Positions 50,400 through 62,981 of a stretch of 64,000 nt of DNA are shown in pieces (position 1 is the stretch's first letter; each line of letters starts with the position of its first letter). Where the stretch lies: contig JANJGN010000022.1 in NCBI GenBank assembly GCA_026770705.1, positions 5,146,001 to 5,210,000 on the forward strand. The letters run 5' to 3'. Under the pieces are notes generated by a model. It saw only the letters and a list, made by a program, of their open reading frames with translations, searched no databases and was not told the origin of the DNA. The position numbers and the translations under genes are program-made. Origin of the DNA: Isurus oxyrinchus. Its lineage: Eukaryota.

Positions 50400-50790
50400 T
50401 CTGAGTGAGTCATGGCCGGTTTGAATCTCACTCCAGAAACTTGAGCACAAAGTCTAGGCTGATACTCTAGAAGATTACTAAGGGACTGTCAAAGTTGCTG
50501 TCTTTCAAATGAGCTGTTGAACCAAGGCCCCATCAACTCTCCAGTGGCTGTAAAAGATCCCATGGCACAATTTGGACAAAGTACTGGGAAGTTCTCTTGG
50601 TGTCCTGGTCAGTAACTATCCCTCAAAAAAATAAATCAATAAAAACAGAGTATCTGATAATTATTTCTTTGCTGAGTGTGTGGGAACTTGCTGTGCACAT
50701 TATCTGATGCATTTTTTTACATTACAACATTGCAAAGCTGTTGAAGACGTCCTGGGGTTGTGGTGGGCGCTATATAAATGCAAGTTTAAT
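50400..50790 (+). mobile_element. Deu-domain SINE (SacSINE1/AmnSINE1-like)
   Basis: gctgtctttcaaatgag...gtaaaagatcccatggcac...ggtgtcctgg...tatccctcaa; tail gcgctatataaatgcaag. Confidence 0.8.
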
Positions 50791-50943
50791 CAGATGACTT
50801 GTTTCGAGAGTACTTACCAAGGGCCCACTTTGTGGGAAGCAGCTAACTTTAAAGGGGCAAGAAAATAACATGAGAAAGATTGTATTTTTCATTATATTAA
50901 AGTGTCGGGCAATTTGAAATAAACGTTCAACTCTCTTTTGAAG

Positions 50944-51124
50944 CAATGAGAAGTTTTGTACTGGAAAATTCTACTACCTGAAGGATGTATGTTGGAACGA
51001 TCCAACTAGAATGTTCCTGCGATATAAATGTCAAATTCAGGATACAGATGGATCTTTCCAAGAGCCTCACCTTCTCGGTCCTTTCTATAGTCAGTGGGAT
51101 AATATGAAAGACCTATTTTGGAAG
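50944..51124 (+). CDS. NOV-like gene, exon 28
   Basis: ttttgaag|C...AAG|gtatgt, phase 2-0; hand translation GKFYYLKDVCWNDPTRMFLRYK...LGPFYSQWDNMKDLFWK. Confidence 0.9.
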
Positions 51125-52071
51125 GTATGTCTAAAACCAGGTATCACAATTTGTGTCCCTTTGTTGTGAATTCTATGGCCTAGAAATTAGGGTGTCCATC
51201 CATTATAGAATGTGTGGGGCGATCGGAACAATCCTTGCGCCTGAAAGGTGAGGGATGAGAAGCCCCTAACATTGGGCCTTGGTCCCTTTCTATCGGATCA
51301 GGTATCTCCACAGTGAGTGGAGAAAAATCTGGCTAGAATGGCGTCAGGAGGGGACCTGAGTCACAGGTTCTGGGGCAGATGGTGTCTGCAGCATTGGATC
51401 GGTGGGGTTGGTGCTGGGAGTGTGGGCTGTTGGGAGTCAGAGTGAGAGTCAAGAGGACCAGGAGCATGAGCACTCGGGAGGGGAACCAGAGTTGGGGGTG
51501 GCGGAGAGAGTGGGTGGATTGGGGGGTCAGGAGTGTCTGCCCTGAAACTAGACCAGAGGCCGTGGGTCAAATTCCGCTCACGTGAAAGGATCGTTGCTGG
51601 GTTGTCATTGTAAAAAAGCCGCTTATCCTTCAGGGACTTCTCCTGCCCAGTCTGAGCTGTACACAACTAACAAGCTATTACCTTCTCAGGGCAACTAGGG
51701 ATCAGCTCTGCCAGTGCTGTCCACAAATACAGCGCAGCATCATGCAAACATTAATTACTGCAGATGCTGGAAATCTGAAATAAAAACAGTAAACGCTGGG
51801 CATCATCTGTGGAGAGAGGGAAACAGAGTTAATGTCTCACAACTGGCAGAAAATAGAGATTTAACAGCTATTAAGTACAGAGACACTGATAGGGGTGTGG
51901 AAGGAAGAACAATGGAAAATGGTCTGTAATGAGATGGAAGGCAGGTATGATTTAAATGATCAAAGGGATGAGAGTGCATAGCAAAAGCAATGGTAACAGA
52001 GCAAGGAAAGAAACAAAATTTGGGTCCAGGTGAGGTGTAAATGGTAACAGCTGAACCATTATTTAGACCTC

Positions 52072-52485
52072 CTGTCCCAGAGTCCAGGAATACTGATTAT
52101 GATCTGCAGCTACTGTCCCAGGGTCCAGGAATACTGATTACGATCTGCAGCTACTGTCCCAGGGTCCAGGAATAGTGATCATGATCTGCAGCTACTGTCC
52201 CAGTGTCCAGGAATAGTGATTATGATCTGCAGCTACTGTCTCAGGGTCCAGGAATAGTGATTATGATCTGCAGCTACTATCCCAGGGTCCAGGAATAGTG
52301 ATCATGATCTGCAGCTACTGTCCCAGAGTCCAGGAATAGTGATTATGATCTGCAGCTACTGTCTCAGGGTCCAGGAATACTGATTATGATCTGCAGCTAC
52401 TGTCCCAGGGTCCAGGAATAGTGATTATGATCTGCAGCTACTGTCCCAGGGTCCAGGAATAGTGATTATGATCTGCAGCTACTGT
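52072..52485. repeat. 41-bp minisatellite, 10 copies
   Basis: Unit CTGTCCCAGGGTCCAGGAATAGTGATTATGATCTGCAGCTA. Confidence 0.98.
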
Positions 52486-52560
52486 TTGGTACTTTACCTG
52501 TTCTCAAGATAATTGCTGTTTAAGAGCCTAGATTTGTAACTTATTTATTTCCAATGACAG

Positions 52561-52687
52561 ACTCTGAATGTTGAGAAAGTACCATCTATGAAGCACTATG
52601 TAAGTCTGCTCGTGCTGATGTGCAGTAAGGTGTCTTTTCCCAGCAGTGAAGTCCTGCAGGATGTGTCTGTGATTTATTCAGCTCTAG
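52561..52687 (+). CDS. NOV-like gene, exon 29
   Basis: tgacag|ACT...CTAG|gtaagt, phase 0-1; TLNVEKVPSMKHYVSLL. Confidence 0.88.
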
Positions 52688-53149
52688 GTAAGTGGTTCTG
52701 TGGAATTCTCAGTTTGTTTGAAGCTATTTTCTCTTATGGAGGAGAAACCTCCACCCAACCATCTATGAAACTATTTATTGTGATAATGATGTAACCTGTA
52801 TTTCACTTTGCTTTGCACTGTGCCCCATGAGAGATCTAACCATTGCAGGACAACTTGATCGCCTGCACTTGTGTGCAGGAGCTCTTGTCAAAATTCAGTA
52901 GTTTTCCTCCAGCCTATGAAAACCAAACTGAAAGTGAGGTCAAATCACTCTAGGTTGAAATGAGCCACTGAGGACAGGGCCCACTGTTAAGTACCTCTAT
53001 GGAAAAATCACACCAGAATGAAGGGGGGACCACATGAGTTAACATTAATGTTTAATCTTGCCAAACCATGGCCAGATGACATGGCATTTTTACCTGAGTT
53101 ACTTCCCTTAAACTCGGTTGCTCTTTTTCCACAAAACAACTTATAGTTA

Positions 53150-53700
53150 CAAGTTGTGTTTCTATAGCACCCTTTAGCAAAACATCCCAAGACCCTTCAA
53201 AGGAGCAATTATTGAACAAAATTTTACACCAAGTCATGGAAGAAGATTTTAGGGCAGGTAACCAAAAGCTTGGTCATAGAGGTAGGTTTAAAGGAGGTAG
53301 GGAGGGAACAGTTTAGGGAGGGAGTTCCAGAGCTCTAGGACCTTGGCATCAGAAGGCATGTCTGCCAACAATTAAAGTTGGGTATACTTAGGAGCTCAGA
53401 GTTAGAGAAGCACAAATACCTTGGGTGGCTGTGGGGCTGGAGGAGATTACAGCGATGTGGAGGGATTCGAAAACAAGGATGAGAATTTTAAAATACAGGT
53501 GTTGCTTAATGGGGAGCCAATATAGATCAGCAAGCAGAGGGTTGATGGGTGAATGGGTTTGATGCAAGTTAAGACATGGGGCAGCAGACTTCTGGATAAC
53601 CTCAGGTTTGCTAAGGAAAGAACATGAGAGGCTGGCTACGTGTGCAATGAAATAGTCCAAAAAACGGTATTGAATGTAAAGTGGGCCTAGAGATGAAGAA
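53150..53700 (-). mobile_element. L2-like LINE 3' fragment
   Basis: Minus-strand translation HSPINPLLADLYWLPIKQHLYFKILILVFESLH, typical of the L2 ORF2 C-terminus. Confidence 0.75.
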
Positions 53701-53742
53701 CCTGATATCACCCAAGATAATAATATATTTTTGTCCACACAG

Positions 53743-53817
53743 CTGAAAAATGCAAGAAATATAATGAATATGATGACTCATGGGAATGCTGCATTCCCTA
53801 TTGCCAGACACTTAAAG
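53743..53817 (+). CDS. NOV-like gene, exon 30 (75 nt, Cys-rich)
   Basis: cacacag|CT...AAAG|gtgaga, phase 1-1, open frame (A)EKCKKYNEYDDSWECCIPYCQTLK. Confidence 0.75.
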
Positions 53818-54204
53818 GTGAGAATTGTATAAAACACTAACTCTGTTTTTCTCTCTCCACAGGGTGTTGCCAGATCTGCTGAATATTTCCAGCATTTTCT
53901 ATTTTTTTTCTTATTGTATCATGTGATGTGAATGAACTGGATAAGTTTGTGGGGGTTGAGAGCAGACATATTAGCATATACAATGCCTTCCACTAAGCAC
54001 CGCCTCAGCGCCTACTGCTGAGCTCATGAGAGGATGCCCTTAATGGACATTAACTTCATATTCTACCACTCCATTGAATATCTGAGAACTATTGAATGTT
54101 GCCCCACTATTACCTTCAGTATTTTACCTTTACTGTGGTTTCAGTTTGAGTATCATTAAGACTCATGGTCCCTCCTAGTAAACTCCTCTTGTCTGTGTGA
54201 ATAG

Positions 54205-54387
54205 GAATGGTAAAGGATGAAAGAGTGTTTCCTGCCAAGGATAATCGTTGGGTGTCTATGGCCAGCACCCCTGTGATACCGGACAATAGGCACCTGGAAC
54301 GGATTTTTAAAGCGCACTCTCTGTGTTTGCTCAATTTACCCGCTGCAGAAAGGAATCTTTCCAAAACCAAGCACAGCAACAAGCAAG
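54205..54387 (+). CDS. NOV-like gene, exon 31
   Basis: aatag|GA...CAAG|gtaaac, phase 1-1; VFPAKDNRWVSM...PVIPDNRHLERIF. Confidence 0.88.
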
Positions 54388-55731
54388 GTAAACCTGGGCT
54401 TTCTCTTCCTTCACGTGTATTTGCGTCTTTGATGCCGACATTTGCAAGGCTTTTCTGGTTGGCCAGTGGGAACAGGAATAGTACAGAGGCCCCCGGGGGG
54501 GGTATGTTCGTCGGGAGTGACCCAGCAGGTGCTGTGGAGCATGTAGCACAAGAGTTCAGCTTTCCACTAAGGGGTTTAGAGATTAGGTGGGGTTCCATGG
54601 GGAAAGGTGATTCAAAAGTATCCAGCATTGAAAATAGGAATTTCTCCACATTTAATAAGGAAACTACTGAATAATAATAATGCCCAAGGCACTGTCAGGA
54701 AAGTCCTCCGCCACCCACCCATTCTCCTCCATTACATATATTGCTTCTATAAAGTGGTTGGCATTCCCCCTTTTGTGTCTGGGACCTACACATGTGAAAA
54801 CAAGACCATCTGGCATTACCATTCTGGACATTTTAAACTGGGTGGAAAACGTGTGTCTGAAAAGAGTTTGATAAAATAGTCTCGAGCAGTAAAGGAAATC
54901 CAAACAAACGTGCTTCTGAACAAAGACAAGAGCTTTGTGTGCTGGGAAGCACCTTCGCTGAGTTTTCTGGGTTTATGCTGTTGAACTGTGACGGGTTCAG
55001 TGCTTGACAGCTCTGTTTACTGTATCTTAATTTCCTTTACTTCTCTGACTATTCTGGCGTGACAAGTAGCTTGAGGTTTATTCTTTGCTGGGCGTTAGCA
55101 GAGTCCCAAACCCAACCAAAAGAGGCCCTTAAATAACCCTCCTAATGTACAGATCCCTCTGAGTGCTTTCAAAGGTAGAGAGAGCCCCTGGCAGGAAGAA
55201 GAGGAACTTGGAGTGGGGGAGAAACTAAAGAATATGTTTGTAGAAGGTTCGTTCACTATTACTTGCACAATTATGTTGAACCTGTAGGTTTTATTGTAAA
55301 GAAACAATGTATATAACCTCTCCCTCACGAGTAACTGTGTTGCCCGATGTATCACTAAGTCTCACACAACAAAAGGTCCCAGGCCCAGTTGTCTCATCTG
55401 CCGAACTGACTGATCTCAGCTTTGTCTGCCATTCGAGAGAGACAGCTGCTTTCAGTGGCACTGGGCTGGAAAGGGAAATTAAAACACAGTTTCTGTTGCC
55501 ACTTTCTATCTTATTAAATCTACTGCAAAGTATGGAAAACTGCTGGGAATGGCATGGGATTCTCCTCTGCCTGGTCAAATAACTTGTTTGCACTCTGTCT
55601 GGACCCACAGGAAGAGTGGGTAGTGGAACCAAAGGTCAGCACCTTTCGCAGAAAACTGAAAGAACCCTTTTTAAATCTAATAACTGTATTTGGAGCCCCT
55701 GTGTGTAATCAGTAACCATCTCTTTCACTAG

Positions 55732-55982
55732 AATTTCGATTTAACGAGAAAGATCGTGACTTGTTTTTTGAAATCTGTGGGGTGGAGCGACTCTCCAGTT
55801 GCATCACTGTGGAAGCCCAGACCGAGGAATTTAGACCCTGTCCACGCGTCCAAAACTTTATCCATTTAGTGGCTCCGTTCATCCAGAGGTGGTTCTTTCA
55901 CCGCGAAGACTTCAGTAATTTTTATAAAGAACTACAAGACAGTAACATTGCTGCAAACCTTAAATCGATGAACTTTATACAG
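55732..55982 (+). CDS. NOV-like gene, exon 32
   Basis: cactag|AA...CAG|gtaaat, phase 1-0; FFEICGVERLSSCI...PFIQRWF. Confidence 0.9.
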
Positions 55983-58820
55983 GTAAATATTCTGTTTATT
56001 AAAACTGTACATCTAATGAAACTGTACTGTAATACCTTAACGCGGTGAGCAAGTTCCCTTTTTATAAATGCACAGTGTCCATTCAGACAGGCACCACCGC
56101 TTTGCTGAGTTAATGATCTGTTTTTGAAGGGTACAGTTGGTCAAGACACCTGGACAATTCCCTGCTCTTTGAATTGTGCCATGGGATCTTCTGCATCCAC
56201 TTGAACAGCCAGGTGGAGTTTTTACCTTAACCTTTCTTCAAAAGGCAACACCTCCAAACAGCGCAACACTCCCTCAAAGGGCCACAGTCCAGATTATGTG
56301 ATGAAGCCTTGAAGTGGACCCCAAAGCTACAACCTGTCGTTTTGAGGTGAAAGTGCTACCAACTGAGCCAAGCTGTCACCTCTACTACCATAGAACAGTC
56401 AGGGTGCAGAAAGAGGCCATTCAGCCCATTGTGTCTGCACTGGCCAAAAAGGGAAAAAAGAAACTCTCCGCTTATTTTACACCCCTGCCCGCTATTGCTT
56501 TTCCTTCGATACTCAGGTGGAAATTATTCTCAGAAAATGAATCCACCTTCCTGGAACAACCCTTGTGTCTAGCTGTTTCTATCTGCATCCTTGTGTAGCC
56601 CTCAATGCCTGCCTGCTCAAGCAGTAGTCTGTGTTCTAGAAATGAGAACTGTTACTGCCAGTTTATAAATAATAGGAAATGAAGCATCTCGAGTGACCAT
56701 CATTTGTCAGATTTCCATAGCTGTAGAGAGTCAGTTCACAAATCTCCAATTATGAACATTTTAACTCATTCCCCCCACTAACCCTGGACTTTATCTAATT
56801 AATGTGAATCTATAGTACAGTAAGAATCCATTTGCAACCACCTTTCTGGATCCGATTTGGTTGTCTTTTTATGGATAGTTGGTCTTTTAGACAAGTTTCA
56901 TTTTCCCATTAGACACAAACAGACCCAAATGCAATAGACACAAGTTGTCCTGTTGGCCCAGAGTTTGCTGCCTGGTGAGAATGTCACCCCTCTCACCACG
57001 CAGTGACTGACCGGCATCGGTCTGAACCGAGTATTCCCAGCGTGGGGCTGCGGTGATGTCTTCAGGCTATCCACGTAGCCAATCACATTAAAGGATTTTC
57101 AAAGACACACAAAACAGGAAACAAAAAAAAAGGCGGTAAAATAAAATCACAGAACAAAAGTTTCTACTTGAGCAAATTAAAGATTGGGACCTGCACGTGG
57201 GTAAAGATGAAAGATAAAATATTCTGACAAACCTTTTTTTCTTACAAAAAGTAATTGCCAAAAAAAAAAGAGCTTTGTATATGCTAATCATTTAACAGCA
57301 CGATTATGAAATTATTTTTTGGGGGGCCAGTTCTATTGTTCATCAAGTTTATTAATCGTATTCTGTTAAAACCCCAATTACTCCTGATTAAACAAGCTGT
57401 AACTTTTTTTTAAGGGGTTTCTAATGCTGATGTAGGAGTGGAAGTTGAAATTCTCACTGTTGTCAGTGATTGCCAGCTCTGAGGGTGGGGAGAAGGTTCA
57501 CAGTGCAGCCTGTGTTAAGAGTCCTGAATGACAGACCACACTTTCAGCATTTCTGTGCATGCCCAACGCACTGAAGCTGTGGTCAGTTTCAAAGGAGCAA
57601 TGACGGCCAAACAATAACAGTTTTTGCTGTCGAGTCTCCCCAGCCAAATCCAACCCTTTATCATTAGAAAGGAAGGCAGCCTGAGAGCTCTGTGTGTAGT
57701 GCATAAAGTTTTGATGCGGAAGGGCTGGGTGGGGTCATTTAGTTGTTTCCACCTGCAATTAATGAGATACAAATTCTCTCCTCCTTGCACCTTTAACAGC
57801 AAGAACCTGCAATTACATAGCATCCTTTAACATAGTCACAAAGTTCTAAGTCAATTAATATTGCGTGTTGGGTTAGAGCAGTGCCAGCCTAATTTTGAGA
57901 TGGTGCGAGACCATCACATTAAGCGGATTCTACCCTCCCATGATTTACGGAATAGAATGCTCTTTGCAGCTGTAGAGAGTGCTCTTCTGAATAGGAGTCA
58001 AGGTGCATTATCATATAGAGCGAGGAGAGCTCTATGACACATCTACTTTATTCTTTACCTGGCTCGCTTTAGATGCTGAAACTTTGCTGCTAATTTTCAT
58101 AGTGTGCCGATCATTTCTCCCTTCAGAACCCCATTGTATAAAAAAAAGTCTCGGTAATTCAGTTGGAAGAGGCTTTACCACAGTAAGATTGTGTCAGAGG
58201 AGCCTGTAACTGGCTAAAAAACTGCACCTGACTAAACATTGTCGCTAGATGGCAGTAGATTGTAATTCATTTTGAATCCCTCACTATCTGAGCAGAGCAA
58301 TTAATAAACAGAAATGAGAAAATCCATTGAGCAGAATGGCAGTTATGAGCTGTGCAGCCAGAGTGTGTGAGCTTAAAGTGTATTGTGTTTAGCTTCCATC
58401 GCGTGTTAGATTTAACTGGAGGTGAAAGTGACCGGGGGAGACACTTCCATCACCAGATATAAGTTTCACAACATTACAAATGAGGTTAGAGATTTGCTGA
58501 GCTTTTCACGTTGAAGTTATTAGGATTTGCTGCATTCTCAACTTCTGCCAAAGAGCCTTCTGTAGAGCATTAGAGAGGGAGCATGCCTTGAAGAATGGTG
58601 ATCTTACCTGACCTTAGAGTTCAGAGATTGTGTGCTGCTTCCCTACGACTCCAGGAATTTATTCAGGGAGTCCCAGATTTGACCCCTGGTCTGTGCTGTT
58701 TTGGTTAATATACCGGAAAGTGTTCGGGACATTGCACTTGGCCCCAGGTTAGGGAGAAAGAAAATAAATCCCTGTGTTTCTGTTCATGATTGTTATCCAG
58801 CTGTCACTTCTGGGCATCTG

Positions 58821-58980
58821 CATCAGGATCAGGTTCCATTGTGAATCTAATACCCTCCCCATCAATAACCAGGAATCCGTCACTGTCCAGGGCTCATGTG
58901 CATCAGGATCAGGTTCCATTGTGAATCTAATACCCTCCCCATCAATAACCAGGAATCCGTCACTGTCCAGGGCTCATGTG
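58821..58980. repeat. Perfect 80-bp tandem duplication
   Basis: catcaggatcaggttccattgtg...gggctcatgtg x2. Confidence 0.97.
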
Positions 58981-59674
58981 CGTCTTGGTGGTTTTGCCAT
59001 GGCGCTGGAGTGTGATAGGCCTTTCTCAACAAGAAAGCCGCTTGGGATTTAATATCTTTAGAAAAGGGAGGAGAGAAAATTGATAGAGGGAAGGAAATAT
59101 CAATCCAGAGTTCCCAGTGAGATAAAAGTGTTTCTAATTCAGCAGTGAAATGGCAATCTCACTTAGAGAGGCTGCAGACTGCTGGGTGTGGGAAATGGAA
59201 AAATATCATACAGGTGCAACAGGAGGCATCTTGAGACTGAAGCTGAGACACATCGGAGGATCTCCTTAAGTTAGTAGAATTATAAATATGTTTACACGCA
59301 GCGCAGAGAACATGTTGGTTCTTTCCTGGAGAAACTATATTTAACCGTGTTATTTATACCCTCTACATTGGCACTGAGTGCTCCAAATGGAGGGTGTCCC
59401 ATTCTGTAACGTCTCACTTTGAGCTCCAAGGTTGGAGAGTATTTAGAGAACGAGGGCTTGCTACTGAGAGTGTCCTGTGTGGATGGGCTGCCATAATCTA
59501 GTTGACTGGCAGAACAGGATCAAGGGGCTGAATGGCCTACTCCGGTTCCTACGTTCCTCAGACCCTTAGTGTGGTTGTGAAATGGGATTTGGGGGGAGGG
59601 GGGTTCCAAGGAGCAGCTGAGAATCGAGACTGATGTTTAAGACTTTTTTTTTCAATGTTTTTCTGCCTTCTCAG

Positions 59675-59820
59675 GTTGGCAAGCTGTATCTCCATTATAA
59701 ATTAACTTTGCCTAATACACCCCCTGTGTTTGAGAACGAGGACATATTTTGTCACTTGAAGGATAAGAAGAATTTCTATATCCAAAAGGATCACGTCGCT
59801 TCACGCACAGATATCTGCAG
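59675..59820 (+). CDS. NOV-like gene, exon 33
   Basis: tctcag|GTT...AG|gtaaac, phase 0-2; VGKLYLHYKL...KNFYIQKDH. Confidence 0.9.
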
Positions 59821-59939
59821 GTAAACAATTTTGGGTTGTGCTGCGTTTTAAATTTTTAAAACCTTCGCTGGATTCAAGGAATGTCATTTTAACTTAGACA
59901 ATTTGAACCATCCCTTCATTAAAAGTAGAATAAAAGAAG

Positions 59940-60600
59940 TGAAAATGTTGCATTTCTGTAGCACCTTTAACACCCTGAGGTTGTGTCAGTGTTTCACAGC
60001 CAATGAAGAATTTAGTCACTGTTGCAACGCAGAAAATACAGCAACCAATTTGTGCACAGCAAGCTCCCACAAACAATTATACAATAATGGCCAGATAATC
60101 TGTGTTTGGTAATGTTATTTGAGGGATACATTTTAGCCAGGACACCGGGACAAACTCTTCAAAATAGTGGCCGTGGGGTCTTTATTTTCACTTGAGGGGG
60201 CACATGGGACCTCGGTTATGTTGGATCCTGTGGATCCTCGTCGCCAGTTTGTTGTGAGTTGTGGCTGAGTCGGTTCTGTTGATAGAGTTGATATGCAGAC
60301 ACTTATTAGGTGGAAACTTTTAGTTTATTTACAAAGGTACTCAGCAGCAACTAAACACGTGCTTTCACTTCAAACTCTATCTCTACACCACTAACTGCAG
60401 AGGTAGCCTGTGCACCTCCCCTATTGGGTACCAAGATCACATGATCTTCCTTAACGCCGTTCTTCTTAAAGGTATATTACACATTAGATAGAACCATAAT
60501 TACCACAGGTTAATGTTCCATCTGAAAGGTAGCACCTGCGGCAATGCAGCACTCCCTCAGTACTGCTCTGAAATATCAGCCTATCCTTGGAGGGAAAGTC
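59940..60600 (-). mobile_element. Deu-domain SINE split by a solo LTR
   Basis: tgagggatacattttagccaggacaccgg...gggacctcggtta [insert] ggttaatgttccatctgaaagg...gcagcactccctcagtactg. Confidence 0.75.
60219..60507 (-). mobile_element. Solo LTR (289 bp) with 5-bp target-site duplication
   Basis: TG...CA termini; GGTTA at 60214-60218 and 60508-60512; AATAAA on the minus strand near 60325. Confidence 0.8.
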
Positions 60601-60758
60601 CCACTTGCATGAGTAGATTGGGATTTGTCAATGAAAGTGAGAGTAATGTAGCAGGTGATACGTGTAACACCAGCTGATGAAGTGACCTCGTGCCACAGGT
60701 TATGTCTAATTTGTGAGATGTGAACTGTTGTGTCATTTTTATTTCTTTATCTTTGCAG

Positions 60759-60846
60759 GGAATTTGTAAAGCTGTTTAGTGCTGGGAGTAAAGAACTGGA
60801 AAAGGAACTAGAACGCTTCCTACAGAGTCTTATCTCTTACCTCGAG
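60759..60846 (+). CDS. NOV-like gene, exon 34
   Basis: tttgcag|G...GAG|gtaatt, phase 2-0; EFVKLFSAGSKELEKELERFLQSLISYLE. Confidence 0.88.
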
Positions 60847-61648
60847 GTAATTATTTCTGTGTTTTTCGGCTGACGTGTGGAAGAATCTTAAGGACTTATA
60901 GATCTGATGCGGCACTTGCCGTGTTGTTTCTATTCATCTCAGGTTTAAAACTTGCAGCTCTGACCCCTCCTCTTTTTACTGAAATTGCCCTTTTAGAACC
61001 AGGTGCCCTAAAAGCTGGGCGTTTGGTTTCGCTCCACTGCAGTTGTGAATGGAGGTTCCAGTACCACAACCCAAAAGGCTTCATTCTGCACTCTGCGCGT
61101 CACATGCAATTCAGCGAATTGATTCCTATGAAACTTCATTTCTGTCCATTTCAGGGTAAATCCCTTGAGAGGTGAACAGAGGAATCTTCTGCAAATGATC
61201 AACATGGTTTCTTTAGTGAGGGGATCGCTGAGCTAGGCCAAAAGAGGAATTCTTTCTTTTTCGTAGCGAAAACAAAATACTGCAGATGCTGGAAAGCGCT
61301 CAGCAGGTCAGGCAGTGCCTGTGGAGAGAGAAGCAGCTAATGTTTGAGGTCAATAATCTTCCATTAGGAATAATTTTGTTCTCTTCAGGACCATTGTAGT
61401 GGGTGGTGTGTTTTATCAGCTTCAGTTAGTGGAGAGCCTGCAGGAACAGGAAGGGTTGTGTGATCAGTGACCACCGGTCCTGTTCTAATATGGAATAGAT
61501 TGGACACAGGGCAACCTAATGTAGATGTGAGCGATTTATTGCGCTATAAACTGGATAACGGCAATTGTGTCAAAATCCCTGGCAACGCTCTTTGAACAGC
61601 GACACTTGTGATGTTTTGTCTTTGTTTTTGAATCACTCCCTTTCCCAG

Positions 61649-61769
61649 GATGCAGACGCACTGAAAAAGTTTTTAAAGATGCAGGGTGTTGATGAATTGC
61701 CGGAAGGTGAAGAGAAGTGGGAAGTTCCCAGGGCCGTCGAGATGAGACCGGAACCACCACAGCCTCCAG
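61649..61769 (+). CDS. NOV-like gene, exon 35
   Basis: ttcccag|GAT...CCAG|gtactg, phase 0-1; DADALKKFLKMQGVDELPEGEEKWEVP. Confidence 0.85.
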
Positions 61770-62981
61770 GTACTGGACAAGCACAGGCGTGAGATGTTCT
61801 TGCTGTTTTCTGCCTGATAATCGTGCTGTCCGTCTTTAAGTGAAGTTTTACGTCAGTCTGTCACATTGCAGCACGGAGAACACCACAGGTTTCTTCATTT
61901 CCCTTTCTGTCCTCCCAACCCTGCCTCTGCCCCCCACACACCTAGGAAGAGAACCTGACTATATATCACAGAGGAATGGGAGACCAGACCGTTAATACAA
62001 CAGTTAATAGTTAGAAGATGCAAAACGAATGCCACATGTGTATATAGAGTTTGAAAGCAGCCAAGTGTGGCAGTAAAATTTATTCCGTTTTATACAGTCT
62101 AAACAATTTGTATAAGCTGTCAGACAAAACCAAAGACGGTGGTAGCATTGCCCCTGGATCAAGTCCAAAGTCTTTGGCTGGGTGTCCATTTTGTTGATTA
62201 AGTTCCTGTAAAGCAGCTTGGAATGTTTTCTTACATTAAAGGTGTAATATAAATATGAATTGTTATTCTTTCCGAATATCCTTAGCAGACCTTTCACGTA
62301 CACTGTGGTGTTGATGGGGAAATGAACGAAACCCACAGAGGGAAGCAGTCAGACTAGCCCTAAATAAATTTGCTTTCAGAAACTGTTTGTACACCTGAAA
62401 ATGGCAACTGGCCCAGCAAGCGCAGCCAGGCCTACTAATGAGTCATGAGGGGAGTGAAATTAGCTCATTTAAATGTTCTTCCATCCTGCAACCGTTGCTA
62501 GGAGAATATGTGACTCCAGCTCTTCGGGCGTGATTCTCATCCCTCGTCTCCAGTGAGGGAGGGGAGGGGTGTGGGGGCTGCAGGGCTTTGCTTCTAATTG
62601 TTGCGTGTCTGTGGCATCTGAGGTCTGGAGTTAAACACACCAGAAGCCTTTCATGTGAACCTGTTTCCCGCTCGGTTGTGCTGCTTTTCAGCGTTGGATG
62701 GGCTGTTTTGGATGTATCCAGAGCAGTCGGTCACTGGCGAGTAGAGGGTTCATCCTTGTCAACAGTACCACTGACCAGGGTGATGCTTTGTGCCTCTTCA
62801 CGTTACAGTGCAGCGAGTTTCCCCACCAGGCTACGGGGCAAATGGCCTTGAACCACCTCTGCATCATTTATCAGGCTGGCCAGTTACGTGGGGTGAGGCT
62901 TCAGGGTGAGGTTTAAATGAAAACTTGCTGACGCTATACGTTGTGTGACAATCTTCTCCAATTATTTTTTCACGTATAAAG

